Source: an uncultured Thermotogae bacterium
GTDB taxonomy: Bacteria; Bipolaricaulota; Bipolaricaulia; UBA7950; UBA9294
NCBI GenBank assembly: GCA_964608345.1
Contig: CAZSNG010000001.1
Location: forward strand, 6,299 to 70,298
DNA: 64,000 nucleotides
Reading direction: 5' to 3'
Both the position numbers and the translations under genes were made by a program. Shown piece by piece: positions 36,602 to 46,158 of this stretch (within the stretch, counting starts at the first letter, position 1; the number at the start of each line of letters is the position of its first letter). Below the pieces are notes generated by a model, which made no database searches, was not told the origin of the DNA, and saw only the letters and a program-made list of their open reading frames with translations.

Positions 36602-37599
36602 CGGACCTCCCCCCGCGCCCGAAGGAATCGAAGGAAGAGGAGGAAGAACGCCGGAACGCCGATCAGGCCGGTGAGGATCCCGAGCGGGATCTCGCTCGGC
36701 AGCGCCGTCCGCGCGATCGTGTCGAGAGCAAGCAGGGTCGCCGCCCCGATGGCCGCCGATGCCGGGATCAGCGCCTTGTGATCCGGTCCGACCCAAGCCC
36801 GCGCGACGTGGGGGACGAACAGCCCGACCCACCCGATCATCCCACCGACCGCCACCGACGCGGCGACCATCACCGTTCCGACCACGATCACGACGATCCG
36901 AAGCGGGCGGACACGGACGCCGAGCGTCGTCGCCTCGGCGTCGGACAGTGTCAGGAGGTTCAGCCGCCACCGGAGGAGAACGAAGAACGCGATCCCGACG
37001 CCGGTGATCGCGATCAGCGGCGGGAGGATCGCCCACCGGCTGCCGTTCAGACCTCCGAGGAGCCAATACGTGATCGCGGGGAGGTTGCTGAGCGGATCCG
37101 CGACGTACTTGACGAGGCCGAGGAGGGCGTCGAACAGGGCGGACACGAGGATCCCGCCGATGACGATCACCAGTGTCGAGGAGCCGAACCGCCAGCCGAC
37201 GGCGGCGACAAGACCGACGGCGGCCAGCGCGAACACGAACGCCGAGCCTTGGATGGCGGCGACGCCGGCGGAGAACAGCAGGGCAAGCGCGGCGCCGAAC
37301 GCCGCGCCTGAGCTGACGCCGAGGATCCGAGGATCGACGAGCGGGTTGCGGAACAACCCTTGGAATGCGGCGCCGCAGACGGCGAGGTTCGCGCCGATGC
37401 AGGCGGCGGCGAGCGCTCGCGGCAACCGAACGCGGAGGATCAGCGAGCGGAGGACATCATCGACCTCGCCGAGTCCGAAGAGGGCGCGAAACGCGTCGCC
37501 CGGATGCACGCCGTATCGCCCGATCAGCAGGGACACGAGGAACAGGATCGGTGGAGCGAGCACGAGGATCCATGCCGCCCGCCGCCGCGAAGTGCTCAT
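36598..37599 (-). CDS. FecCD-family ABC permease (iron complex/B12)
   Basis: 333 aa, polytopic. Its ATGA junction overlaps the SBP stop and it overlaps the ATPase start. Confidence 0.85.
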   Translation of the reverse strand: MSTSRRRAAWILVLAPPILFLVSLLIGRYGVHPGDAFRALFGLGEVDDVLRSLILRVRLPRALAAACIGANLAVCGAAFQGLFRNPLVDPRILGVSSGAAFGAALALLFSAGVAAIQGSAFVFALAAVGLVAAVGWRFGSSTLVIVIGGILVSALFDALLGLVKYVADPLSNLPAITYWLLGGLNGSRWAILPPLIAITGVGIAFFVLLRWRLNLLTLSDAEATTLGVRVRPLRIVVIVVGTVMVAASVAVGGMIGWVGLFVPHVARAWVGPDHKALIPASAAIGAATLLALDTIARTALPSEIPLGILTGLIGVPAFFLLFLRFLRARGEVR

Positions 37600-38639
37600 C
37601 GGCCGGTCAGGTGTTCCAGCTCGGCGTCGGTCAGTGCGATCTCGTAGTAGATCGAGTAGAAGCGCTCGACCTCGGCCGCGAGATCGATGCTGATGAGGTC
37701 GGGATGGAACAGGGTCGCCATCCATGCGACGCCGAGCAGCGATTCGGGCACCGGTGTGTCCATCGGGGCGATCACCCGCGGCATCCGGTGAACGCGGCCG
37801 TTCCGCACGGCGCCGACCGCCGCCCAGTCCGGGTTCTCCAGCAGGTCGGCCGGTTGGACCGGACCGTACGGGGGAATGACGACGACGTCGGGGTTCCACA
37901 GCAGGATCTGCTCGAGGTTGACCTCGTTCCAGTAGCCGGTGAGCTCGCGGGACACCGAGATCCCTCCGGCCGCCTCGATCAGGTGGGTCTGGTACATGTC
38001 GCCGCTTGCCACCTGCAGCGGATCGGTCCCAAGGAAGAGGACGCGGGCTCGTCGGTCCGGGGCAACACCTTCCAGGTCGTCCGCCACCGCGTCGAAGACC
38101 CGGGTGTAGTCACGGACGAAGCGGGTCGCCCGCGTGAGGGCGTCGGCTCCGAGCGCCGCTCCGGTGATCATGACCGACTCCGCCAGTGCCTCGGGCGTCT
38201 CGACGATGTAGCGGATGACCGGAACGCCGAGATCGGTCATCTGATCGGCGAACGCACCGTGCCTTGAGCCGTCGACGAGGATCAGCTGCACACCACGTGC
38301 GAGGACCTCCTCGACGTTCGGATCGCCGAAAGCGAGGAGGTCCTCGATCCGCGGCTCGAGCCGGAGCATCGCCTCCGACGCCCGCTCGATCGCCTTCACA
38401 CCGACGTACCACGCCATCACCAACGGGTCCGCCGCGCCGAGCGCGTAGACGGTGAACGTGCCCGGCCCGTAGACCGAGACGAGCCGCTCGACCGGTTGCT
38501 CGATCCGGACCGTCCGTCCGGTCTGATCGACAACCTGGGTTGCGCTCTCAGCCAGTGCTGGCCCTGCGCCCGTGGCACATGCGACGACGAGCGTTCCGAT
38601 CAGCAGCCAATGAAATTGGCTCCTTGAGTGCTTCCTCAC
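37596..38639 (-). CDS. Periplasmic/lipoprotein substrate-binding protein of the iron-siderophore/B12 ABC system (cluster A-II SBP)
   Basis: GTG start with RBS AGGAGA. Lipoprotein signal LLIGTLVVAC is present. Confidence 0.75.
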   Translation of the reverse strand: MRKHSRSQFHWLLIGTLVVACATGAGPALAESATQVVDQTGRTVRIEQPVERLVSVYGPGTFTVYALGAADPLVMAWYVGVKAIERASEAMLRLEPRIEDLLAFGDPNVEEVLARGVQLILVDGSRHGAFADQMTDLGVPVIRYIVETPEALAESVMITGAALGADALTRATRFVRDYTRVFDAVADDLEGVAPDRRARVLFLGTDPLQVASGDMYQTHLIEAAGGISVSRELTGYWNEVNLEQILLWNPDVVVIPPYGPVQPADLLENPDWAAVGAVRNGRVHRMPRVIAPMDTPVPESLLGVAWMATLFHPDLISIDLAAEVERFYSIYYEIALTDAELEHLTGR

Positions 38640-39193
38640 GTGTTCTCCTCTCCCGCTACGAGATCCTGCTCGTGCTCTTCCAGCCAGCGGATCGTTCCTG
38701 CGATCTGGCTCCGCCGATACGATGCGGCGAGCCGCCCGAGGTCCGCCTCGTCCGATCCGACTCGCTCGCGTCCGCTCAGATGTCCATACAGCTCCCGAAG
38801 AACGTCGAGTTGACCGTCGATGAGGGCGCCGATCCGATCCGGGGCGAGCCGGCGGAGGAAGTAGACCTTCGCCAGGAACTCGATCCGGATCTGCCGGACG
38901 TGCCGAACCGGGGACGTCGCCCAGTCCCAGAACGCCACGTCCCCCGTGCTTGTCGAGCGGTAGACGTTTCTCGAAGGCCCGGCCGAGGGCGTCTCGACGG
39001 TGCACGACACCCAACCCTGCTCGTCCAACCGATGGAGGACCTGATACAGCTGACTCGAGGCGATCCGCCACACGACACCGAGCCCGGCCGCCAGGCGGTC
39101 GCGTAGCTCGTAGCCGTGCATCGGCGCTTCGACGAGATGCCCGAGGACGGCGAATTCGACCGCGAGACCGCGCGAGCGATGCCCATATTCCAT
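38636..39193 (-). CDS. PadR-family transcriptional regulator
   Basis: Carries the winged-HTH LGHLVEAPMHGYELRDRL. It is translationally coupled to the SBP gene. Confidence 0.8.
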   Translation of the reverse strand: MEYGHRSRGLAVEFAVLGHLVEAPMHGYELRDRLAAGLGVVWRIASSQLYQVLHRLDEQGWVSCTVETPSAGPSRNVYRSTSTGDVAFWDWATSPVRHVRQIRIEFLAKVYFLRRLAPDRIGALIDGQLDVLRELYGHLSGRERVGSDEADLGRLAASYRRSQIAGTIRWLEEHEQDLVAGEENT

Positions 39194-39296
39194 GATGGAA
39201 TAGTCTACCGCGTTGTCCGCTCGAAGACCACTGCCTCAACGGAGTGGAGCCTGTCTCAAACGGCGGAGGAGCCGAGTTATCGAGGGACGTCGAGTG

Positions 39297-39830
39297 CTAC
39301 TCGGAGCAGGTCAGTTCGACGATCCGGACCTCGACCTTGCTCCCGAGTTCGAGGAACGCGAACGTCGACCGACCTTGCGTCCGGAGCACCGAGCCCGGGT
39401 TGACGAACAACCGATCGCGCCATTGTTTGACGAGCGGCTCGTGGAAGTGGCCGAAGACGATGATCTCGGCGTCGGGCAGCTGCTCGGCCATCGCTTGGTA
39501 GAAGAGATCCATCTCCGGCGTGTCGTAGCCGAGGCCGATGTAGCGGTCCTGGAGCGCGTGACGCTGATGGCCGTGCTTGACGCCGATCGTTCGTCCGGCG
39601 AAGCGGACGAACGCGCGATCGGGGACGACCGCCGTGACCTCGGGCGGATCCATGTTCCCCGCGACGGCGATCGTCGGCGCGATCTCTCGTAGCGTCTCGA
39701 TAAGGTCCAGACTGACCAGATCGCCGGCGTGCAGGATTGCGTCGACCGCTTCAAGCTGGGTGAGGAGTTCGCTCGGCAGGCGGTCGAGCGACGCCGGGAT
39801 GTGGGTGTCGGAGACGAGGGCGATCTTCAT
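39297..39830 (-). CDS. Metallophosphoesterase (YfcE/MJ0936 family)
   Basis: Metallophosphoesterase motifs MKIALVSDTHIP, GDLV and GHFHEP are present. Confidence 0.8.
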   Translation of the reverse strand: MKIALVSDTHIPASLDRLPSELLTQLEAVDAILHAGDLVSLDLIETLREIAPTIAVAGNMDPPEVTAVVPDRAFVRFAGRTIGVKHGHQRHALQDRYIGLGYDTPEMDLFYQAMAEQLPDAEIIVFGHFHEPLVKQWRDRLFVNPGSVLRTQGRSTFAFLELGSKVEVRIVELTCSE

Positions 39831-41506
39831 CGGGGGTCCTTTCGGCCGTTCGGTGAGTTGGCGTCACGGGTTCGCGCGGCGTACTCGCTGTAGCCGCCGA
39901 CATGACTCGTCAACGTCCCGTCCTCCAAATCGGCGATCCGGTCGACGACGCGATCGAGGAAGTACCGGTCGTGGGAGATGACGAGAACGGCCCCCTCGAA
40001 CGATTCCAGCGCTTCCTCGAGGATCTCGGCCGACCGGATGTCGAGGTTGTTTGTCGGCTCGTCGAGAAGGAGGAAGTTTGCGCCGGAGAGGACGATCAGC
40101 GCCAGCTGAAGACGGCTCCGTTCGCCGCCGGAGAGATCGCCGGCCGGCCGGCGTGCCTGATCGTAGGTGAATGCGAAGCGAAGCAGCGTCCGCATCGCCG
40201 ACTCCTCCGAGACGCCGGCGGCGTACCGGAGGTGGTCGATCAACGACCGCGTGGGTTCGAGCGTCTCGTGCTCCTGGGCGTAGTAGCCGGTTCGCACGCT
40301 CGGTCCGAGGGCGACCGAGCCCCGCGTCGGCCCCTCTTCCCCGAGGATCGTGCGGAAGAGGACCGACTTCCCGGAGCCGTTTGCTCCGACGAGACCGACC
40401 CGCTCCCCGTGCCGGACGAGCAGATCGAGACCGCGCAGGATTTCGTGAACCGGGCCGGGCTCCGCGGTCGACGGGAACGACTTCTCGAGCCCCTTGATCT
40501 CGAGGACCTTCGTGCTCCCGCGCCAGCCGGCGAGCCGCAAGTGCATCCGGCGCTCCTGGTGCGGCCGCTCGACGCGATCCATGCGCTCGAGTCGCTTGAG
40601 GATCGCCTTCCCACGCTTGATGAACTTCTCGTTGTCGTAGACGGCGCCCCAGGTCATCAGCCGCTTCGCGGATTGCTCGAGCCGGTGGATTTCCTTCTGC
40701 TGGTCGGCGAACCGCTGCTCCTGGCGCGCGTAGAGGTGTTCCTTCTCCACTGCGTACTCAGAGTAGTTGCCCGGGAAGCGAGTCAGGCTCTCTCCTTCGA
40801 GTTCGACGATCTCGTCGACGACAAGGTCGAGGAGGTACCGATCGTGCGAGACGAGTACGACCCCGCCCGGATACGCGCGCAGGAACTGCTCCAAGTACTG
40901 CTTGCCGCTCAGATCGAGATGGTTGTCCGGCTCGTCGAGGAGGAGAACGTCCGGCTGGCTGACGGCGCGCGCGGCGAGGCCGACAAGCTTCCGCTGACCG
41001 CCGGAGAGCTCGTCGACCGGACGATCGAAGTCGGGCTCGCGGAATCCGAGGGCGCTCAGGATCGAGCGGATCCTCGCCTCGAGGCCAGGCCCGCCGAGGT
41101 GGTCATAGCGTTCGAGCAGCTCTTCCTGCGCGTGAAGGACTGCCGACAGTGCCTTCTCGTCATCGTAGACGGCCGGATCGGATAGCCGACGTTCGACCTG
41201 GCCGAGCGCCTCCTCGACCTCGATCAGTGGCTCGGCTCCGCTGCGGACCGCGCCGAAGACGCAGCTGTCCGGGGGGAACGCGAGTGCCTGCGGAAGGTAG
41301 CCAATCGTCAGGCCGCTTCGGCGGGCGATCGTGCCTCCGCCGGGGGAGACCTCACCGACGATCGCTTTGAGGATCGAGCTCTTCCCGCACCCGTTCGGCC
41401 CGACGAAGCCGACGATCCGATCGTCGTGGATCTCCCACGAGAGGTCGGTCACGACGGGCGTGGCGGAATACGAGATCGTGATGCGGTCGATCGTGACGGC
41501 GATCAT
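39827..41506 (-). CDS. ABC-F family ATPase (tandem NBDs, translation-factor-type; EttA/Uup-like)
   Basis: Two Walker A motifs (GPNGCGKSS, GANGSGKSV) and two ABC signatures (LSGGQRK, LSGGERS) are present. There is no TM domain. Confidence 0.85.
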   Translation of the reverse strand: MIAVTIDRITISYSATPVVTDLSWEIHDDRIVGFVGPNGCGKSSILKAIVGEVSPGGGTIARRSGLTIGYLPQALAFPPDSCVFGAVRSGAEPLIEVEEALGQVERRLSDPAVYDDEKALSAVLHAQEELLERYDHLGGPGLEARIRSILSALGFREPDFDRPVDELSGGQRKLVGLAARAVSQPDVLLLDEPDNHLDLSGKQYLEQFLRAYPGGVVLVSHDRYLLDLVVDEIVELEGESLTRFPGNYSEYAVEKEHLYARQEQRFADQQKEIHRLEQSAKRLMTWGAVYDNEKFIKRGKAILKRLERMDRVERPHQERRMHLRLAGWRGSTKVLEIKGLEKSFPSTAEPGPVHEILRGLDLLVRHGERVGLVGANGSGKSVLFRTILGEEGPTRGSVALGPSVRTGYYAQEHETLEPTRSLIDHLRYAAGVSEESAMRTLLRFAFTYDQARRPAGDLSGGERSRLQLALIVLSGANFLLLDEPTNNLDIRSAEILEEALESFEGAVLVISHDRYFLDRVVDRIADLEDGTLTSHVGGYSEYAARTRDANSPNGRKDPR

Positions 41507-41510
41507 CGGC

Positions 41511-41978
41511 CTACATCAACAACAGGAGGGCGACGGTCAGAACAATGACGGCCATGATCGCGACGGTCGTGAGCGGGAACGGCGCCCTTTGCAGCCGCGA
41601 CAGCGGCGAGGGGCAGCCGTCGAAGATGCACGCCCGGACGGCCGAACGCAGCTGCAGCTCTCTGTCGCGGCCGACGCCGACGATGACCTGATCGCCGACG
41701 AAGATGACGGGGAACTTCGTGGGGAAGATGCCGTACTCCGCCGACAGGGCCCACATCAGGTCAGATGCCCCGGGTTCCGTCTCCTCGACGTGTGTGACGT
41801 ACAGCTCGGGGTAGAGAACAAGCAGCTCGTCAAGGAGTTCGTCCATGTGGCGGCAGTCGTTGCACTCGTCGCGGTAGAAGACGAGGACGTCCGGTTGCTC
41901 CTCGGCAGTGGCGAACGCAGCGAACACGGCGACAAGAATCAGGGCGAGCACGGCAGCGGCGGGTCTGCGAACGATCAT
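41511..41978 (-). CDS. Thioredoxin/glutaredoxin-fold protein with signal peptide and C-terminal TM anchor
   Basis: CNDC is a CxxC motif. Hydrophobic segments lie at the N-terminus and the C-terminus. Confidence 0.55.
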   Translation of the reverse strand: MIVRRPAAAVLALILVAVFAAFATAEEQPDVLVFYRDECNDCRHMDELLDELLVLYPELYVTHVEETEPGASDLMWALSAEYGIFPTKFPVIFVGDQVIVGVGRDRELQLRSAVRACIFDGCPSPLSRLQRAPFPLTTVAIMAVIVLTVALLLLM

Positions 41979-42050
41979 CGAGTCACCTCGAAGAGGATGA
42001 TGCCGCATCGGACGGCATGGCGGCAACCACGGCCTTGATCGCCGGATCGG

Positions 42051-43007
42051 CTACATCCTCGGCCGGCTCGCTTTCTCCGCGAGAAGCCGACGCAGCTCGG
42101 GCATCGCTGCTTCGGCCGCCTCCTCGCCGCGGTCGATCCCCTCGGCCGCCTCGAGATAGCCGATGAACGACATCGACAGGTCGGGGCGGATCAGCAGATC
42201 GGGGGGATCGAGAATCAGCTTCTGCCGCAGGATCTCCTGCACGAGGATCGAGATCGATTGGTTGAGGATGCTGTACAGCCCGGGCAGCGGCCGCTGTTCG
42301 CGCGACGGCTCCCGGAAGACGGATTCGAGCAGCTCGGTGAGGCTGTTCGGAATCCATGTTCGTTGCGAGAGCCCGTCGTGAATCTGCTCGCCGATGCGGG
42401 ACCACGCCTTCTGTACCGACGACGTGGTCGGCTGGGGCGTCGGCGTGATGTCGACGGCGATGATGAAGTCGGCGCCGAGCTCCCGGCACGTCTGGATCGG
42501 GACCGGGTTGACGAGGCCACCGTCGACGAGCAGCCGTTCACCGCGTCGGACCGGGTGGAAGATGCCCGGGATCGCTGTCGATGCGCGGACCGCGTCGACG
42601 AGCGGACCGCGGTCGAGAACGATCGTCTCTCCCGTGTCGATATCGCATGCGACCGCGGCGTACGGAATCGGGAGATCTTCGATCGTTCCCTCTCCGAGGA
42701 GGTCGCAGAGCAACCTGTGCAGCTCGTTCCCCGTGCTGAGCCCGGCTCGCGGAAACGTCGGCAGGAAGGTGCGAAACAGCCGGTGGGCATCGGTCTGAAG
42801 CCATTCTCGCTCCATCTGCTCGACCGGGATGCCGGCGACGTGCGCCGCGCCGACCAGCGAACCGATACTCGACCCGGCGACGGCGGAGACTTCGATCCCC
42901 TCACGCTCGAGAACACGCAGCACTCCCGTGTGCGCCGCACCGCGGGCCCCGCCGGAGCCGAGGGCGAGGCCGATTCGCAGCTCTTCGTTGCGTGATTCCG
43001 CGTGCAT
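42051..43007 (-). CDS. Patatin-like phospholipase
   Basis: Carries GSGGARG (oxyanion), GSSIGS (GxSxG), and the DGG catalytic Asp. Confidence 0.85.
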   Translation of the reverse strand: MHAESRNEELRIGLALGSGGARGAAHTGVLRVLEREGIEVSAVAGSSIGSLVGAAHVAGIPVEQMEREWLQTDAHRLFRTFLPTFPRAGLSTGNELHRLLCDLLGEGTIEDLPIPYAAVACDIDTGETIVLDRGPLVDAVRASTAIPGIFHPVRRGERLLVDGGLVNPVPIQTCRELGADFIIAVDITPTPQPTTSSVQKAWSRIGEQIHDGLSQRTWIPNSLTELLESVFREPSREQRPLPGLYSILNQSISILVQEILRQKLILDPPDLLIRPDLSMSFIGYLEAAEGIDRGEEAAEAAMPELRRLLAEKASRPRM

Positions 43008-43100
43008 GGACCGATCGTACCGGATGGACGGACGAGGTGGTACCGAGCGGTGATGCGCTGCCGGCCCTTTCCGTCGTGCGAGGAGAAGTAGGAACCACTC

Positions 43101-44396
43101 TCAGCCCGTGGGCGAAGGCGCAGCGGCCGGTGGGCGAACGACCAGGCAGCCGACGGCGAGCGCCAGCGGAAGGAATGCGGAGAGGTTGAAGAAGGTCGCA
43201 TACGTGCCCATCAGATCACGGGCCAGTCCCATCGCCAGCGGCCCGAGGGCCGTGCCGACGATCGCAATCGAGACGGCGGCGCCGGTGATACTGCCCAGGT
43301 GTAGGCGGCCGTAGTACTTCGCCCACATCACTGCGCCGGTGGCTCCCCAGGCGACCTGCATCGCCCCGAAGACGCCGCCGTAAACGAGCGCGCTTGTCGT
43401 CGTGGTCAGTCGAGGCGCCATCCAGAGGACGATGGCCTGGAGAACGAGGCCGACGGCCAGAACGATCTTCGGAGAAACCAGATCGACGACCACGCCGATC
43501 GGGAGCCGGAGGATCGCCTGCGTGAGGCCCAACGGAACGAACACCGCCGCGGCGATCGACGCGGCCAGCCCCTGATCGGTGACGATGCTCGCCATGTGGA
43601 AGATCAGTCCCGTCCCGAGCATCGACATCGTGGCCGTGCCGCAGGCGAGCATCCAGAACAGCGGCGTCCGGAGCGCTTGTCCCAGAGTGAAGCTGGCTTC
43701 CGTACCCGCAGACGATTCTTCGTCAAGCCCCTTGCCGGCGGTGCGCCCGTCGGGCAGCAGTCCGTGATCCTCCGGGCGCCGGCGGAACAGAAGGAACGCG
43801 ATCGGCGCCATCAGCGCGATCGATGCTCCACCCAAGACGACGTACGCCGATCGCCAGCCGACAGCACCGATCAGCGCGATGACGAGCCCCGGCAGGACGC
43901 TCGTGATAGCCGCCGTCACGCTGCCTTGCAGGCCGCGGATGGTCCCCCGTCGGCGGACCCACCACTGGTTGATCATCGTGCTGCTGGCAAGGCTCAGACT
44001 GCCCTGACCGAAGAAGCGCAGTGCGACGAAGCCGATGACGAGCATCATCGCCGTCGAGACGAACCCCATGTAGATGCAGGCGCCTCCGAGCAACACCGCG
44101 CTGAGGAGGGCGACGACGCGAGGCCCGCGGCGGTCGATGATTCGACCGACCCCGATGACCTGGAGCAAAACGGCGTTCCCGACTGTCCCGATCATGTACA
44201 GCGTACTGACCACCGAACGGCTGAGTCCTAGGTCTCGAATGATCGGCTCGATGAACATCGAGACGATGTACGTCTGCCCGGGCGACGTCATGGTCACCCC
44301 GACGGTGCCGGCGGCGAGGATCGCCCAACCGTAGTAGATGGGAAACCGCGTCACCCAATCCGCGCCGGTCGCCGGTGCGCTCGTGGTCTTCGGCAC
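43101..44396 (-). CDS. MFS transporter
   Basis: 12-TM MFS fold. The GTG start at 44396 with RBS GGAGG is the likeliest start; the start position is uncertain. Confidence 0.7.
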   Translation of the reverse strand: MPKTTSAPATGADWVTRFPIYYGWAILAAGTVGVTMTSPGQTYIVSMFIEPIIRDLGLSRSVVSTLYMIGTVGNAVLLQVIGVGRIIDRRGPRVVALLSAVLLGGACIYMGFVSTAMMLVIGFVALRFFGQGSLSLASSTMINQWWVRRRGTIRGLQGSVTAAITSVLPGLVIALIGAVGWRSAYVVLGGASIALMAPIAFLLFRRRPEDHGLLPDGRTAGKGLDEESSAGTEASFTLGQALRTPLFWMLACGTATMSMLGTGLIFHMASIVTDQGLAASIAAAVFVPLGLTQAILRLPIGVVVDLVSPKIVLAVGLVLQAIVLWMAPRLTTTTSALVYGGVFGAMQVAWGATGAVMWAKYYGRLHLGSITGAAVSIAIVGTALGPLAMGLARDLMGTYATFFNLSAFLPLALAVGCLVVRPPAAAPSPTG

Positions 44397-44412
44397 GCGT
44401 TCGTCCCTCCGA

Positions 44413-44730
44413 CTAGTCGTCCGTCCGCTCGATCTTGAAGATGACCGGGCGAAGGCCGTCGTTGCAGCACGTGATCGTGAAACCGGGATCCGCGACCCAC
44501 GGGATCGACGCGCCGTACATGACCATCGCGACCTCGTGGCGGATGTCCGGCCACGCCCGCTCGCAGAAGCCCTCGGGCATCGTGGGCCAGTCCGTCGAGA
44601 CGAAGGTCTGCCCTTCCTCGAACACAAAGCACTTCCCAAAGCTCGCCTTGAACGCCTCGTCCCGGATGTGCTCGTCGAGGATGTCCTGCTGGAATGTCCG
44701 CTTCAGGACCGTGATCTTGGCCTTCGGCAT
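44413..44730 (-). CDS. TIGR04076-family small protein (copy 2)
   Basis: 105 aa, MPKAKITVLK...CCNDGLRPVIFKIER. Its start lies 2 nt after the stop of copy 1. Confidence 0.7.
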   Translation of the reverse strand: MPKAKITVLKRTFQQDILDEHIRDEAFKASFGKCFVFEEGQTFVSTDWPTMPEGFCERAWPDIRHEVAMVMYGASIPWVADPGFTITCCNDGLRPVIFKIERTDD

Positions 44731-44732
44731 GC

Positions 44733-45035
44733 CTAGCCCTCGATCCGCTGGATCCGGAACGTCACCGGCCTCAGGCCGTCGCTGCAGCAGGGGAACTCGG
44801 TGCCCGGGGTCGGGTTCGCGCCCATCATCGTCAGTGCGACGACCTTCCGGATGTCGCTCCACGCCCAGTCGCAGAACCCCTCAGGCTTCGATCCGAACGG
44901 GCCTTCAACCTCGAATGTCTGCCCGACCTCGAAGACCGAGCAGATCCCGGCTTCGCCGCTCAGGTGTGGGAGGTGCTCGTCGATGACGTCTTTGTGAAAC
45001 GCCTTCTTGATCACGGTGATGCGTGCGCTTGCCAT
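44733..45035 (-). CDS. TIGR04076-family small protein (copy 1)
   Basis: 100 aa, MASARITVIKK...CCSDGLRPVTFRIQR. It is paralogous to the adjacent gene. Confidence 0.7.
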   Translation of the reverse strand: MASARITVIKKAFHKDVIDEHLPHLSGEAGICSVFEVGQTFEVEGPFGSKPEGFCDWAWSDIRKVVALTMMGANPTPGTEFPCCSDGLRPVTFRIQRIEG

Positions 45036-45091
45036 GTCGCCTCCTTGAGGGGGAAGTGTACCTCTCGGTGCTCCGGTCTTCCGCCGAGCCG

Positions 45092-45982
45092 CTACGCGTT
45101 CGGGTCCGCCGCGAGCAGGCGCTCATCGAACCACGGCTTGACGTGAACCAAGTGCTCGCGCGGGAAGCCATGCCCGGCCCCGTCGATGACGATCAGCGTC
45201 GAGTCGACGCCAGCGGCGCGAAGTGCCTCGGCGAACGCGATCGACTGCGCGATCGGCACCGTCGGATCGTCGCCTCCGTGCATGATCAGGAACGGAGGAT
45301 CGTCCGCGTCGACGTGATAGATCGGACTGGCAAGCCGCGCCAGCGCCTCGTTCTCCTCGACCGATCCGCCGAGGAGCAGGTCCTCGGGCATCGGACGGCG
45401 CGTGCTCGCGCCGCGCTGCTCGAGCAGGGCGAGGAAGTCGGTCGGTCCGAAGAAGTCGCACACCGCCTGGACGCAGCTCGACTGGTCGAGGTGCTCGCCA
45501 ACCGCTCCCTCGAGATCCTCGTCGTCGCATGTCGTCCCGAGCAGCGCGACGAGGTGCCCGCCGGCCGACGATCCCCACGCGCCGAACCGGCTTGGATCGA
45601 TGCCGTAGGTCTCCGCGTGCGCGCGCAGCCAGCGGACGGCCGCCTTGACGTCGTGGATCTGGGCCGGGAAGACGGCTGTCTGGGAGAGCCGGTAGTCGAT
45701 TGACGCGACGGCGTACGACTCGCTGAGGGTGTTCGGCGCGTACGTCCCGTCCTTGCTCCCGGCGCGCCACGCGCCGCCGTGGACCCAGAGCACGAGCGGA
45801 ACCGGATCGGTCGGTCGTGGATCGGGGAGGTACAGGTCGAGCTTCAGAGAGATCCCGTCGACGACGGCGTACTCCAGATCTCGAAGCACCGTGTGTCCGG
45901 CCGACGTCGCACCGGCAGCGACCGCCGCGGTCGACACGAGGATGCAGATCCACAGACTGCGTCTTGATAGGCGTCGGTTCAT
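45092..45982 (-). CDS. Secreted alpha/beta-hydrolase (esterase/lipase, fold-3)
   Basis: Carries the HGGAW oxyanion motif and the GSSAGG nucleophile elbow. A signal peptide is present. Confidence 0.8.
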   Translation of the reverse strand: MNRRLSRRSLWICILVSTAAVAAGATSAGHTVLRDLEYAVVDGISLKLDLYLPDPRPTDPVPLVLWVHGGAWRAGSKDGTYAPNTLSESYAVASIDYRLSQTAVFPAQIHDVKAAVRWLRAHAETYGIDPSRFGAWGSSAGGHLVALLGTTCDDEDLEGAVGEHLDQSSCVQAVCDFFGPTDFLALLEQRGASTRRPMPEDLLLGGSVEENEALARLASPIYHVDADDPPFLIMHGGDDPTVPIAQSIAFAEALRAAGVDSTLIVIDGAGHGFPREHLVHVKPWFDERLLAADPNA

Positions 45983-46158
45983 GCAATCATCCTAGGCGCC
46001 AACCCGCGTTGCGGCAACCGTCAGTGTCTTCACGATTCTGCCACAGGTCTGGACGACGGTGTCCAAAGGTCCCGTCTACGCTCACGGTGCGGGATCGGAC
46101 GGGGAGCAACTGCAACCGAGGTTCCGCCAAGCTACTGCGAGAGGACGGGAGGGTTCCG

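Noticed and set aside
45123-45986. Alternate-frame 287-aa ORF overlapping the esterase gene
   Set aside because: The 45092-45982 frame contains the HGG oxyanion and GSSAGG nucleophile motifs and a signal peptide. The other frame is Arg-rich noise.
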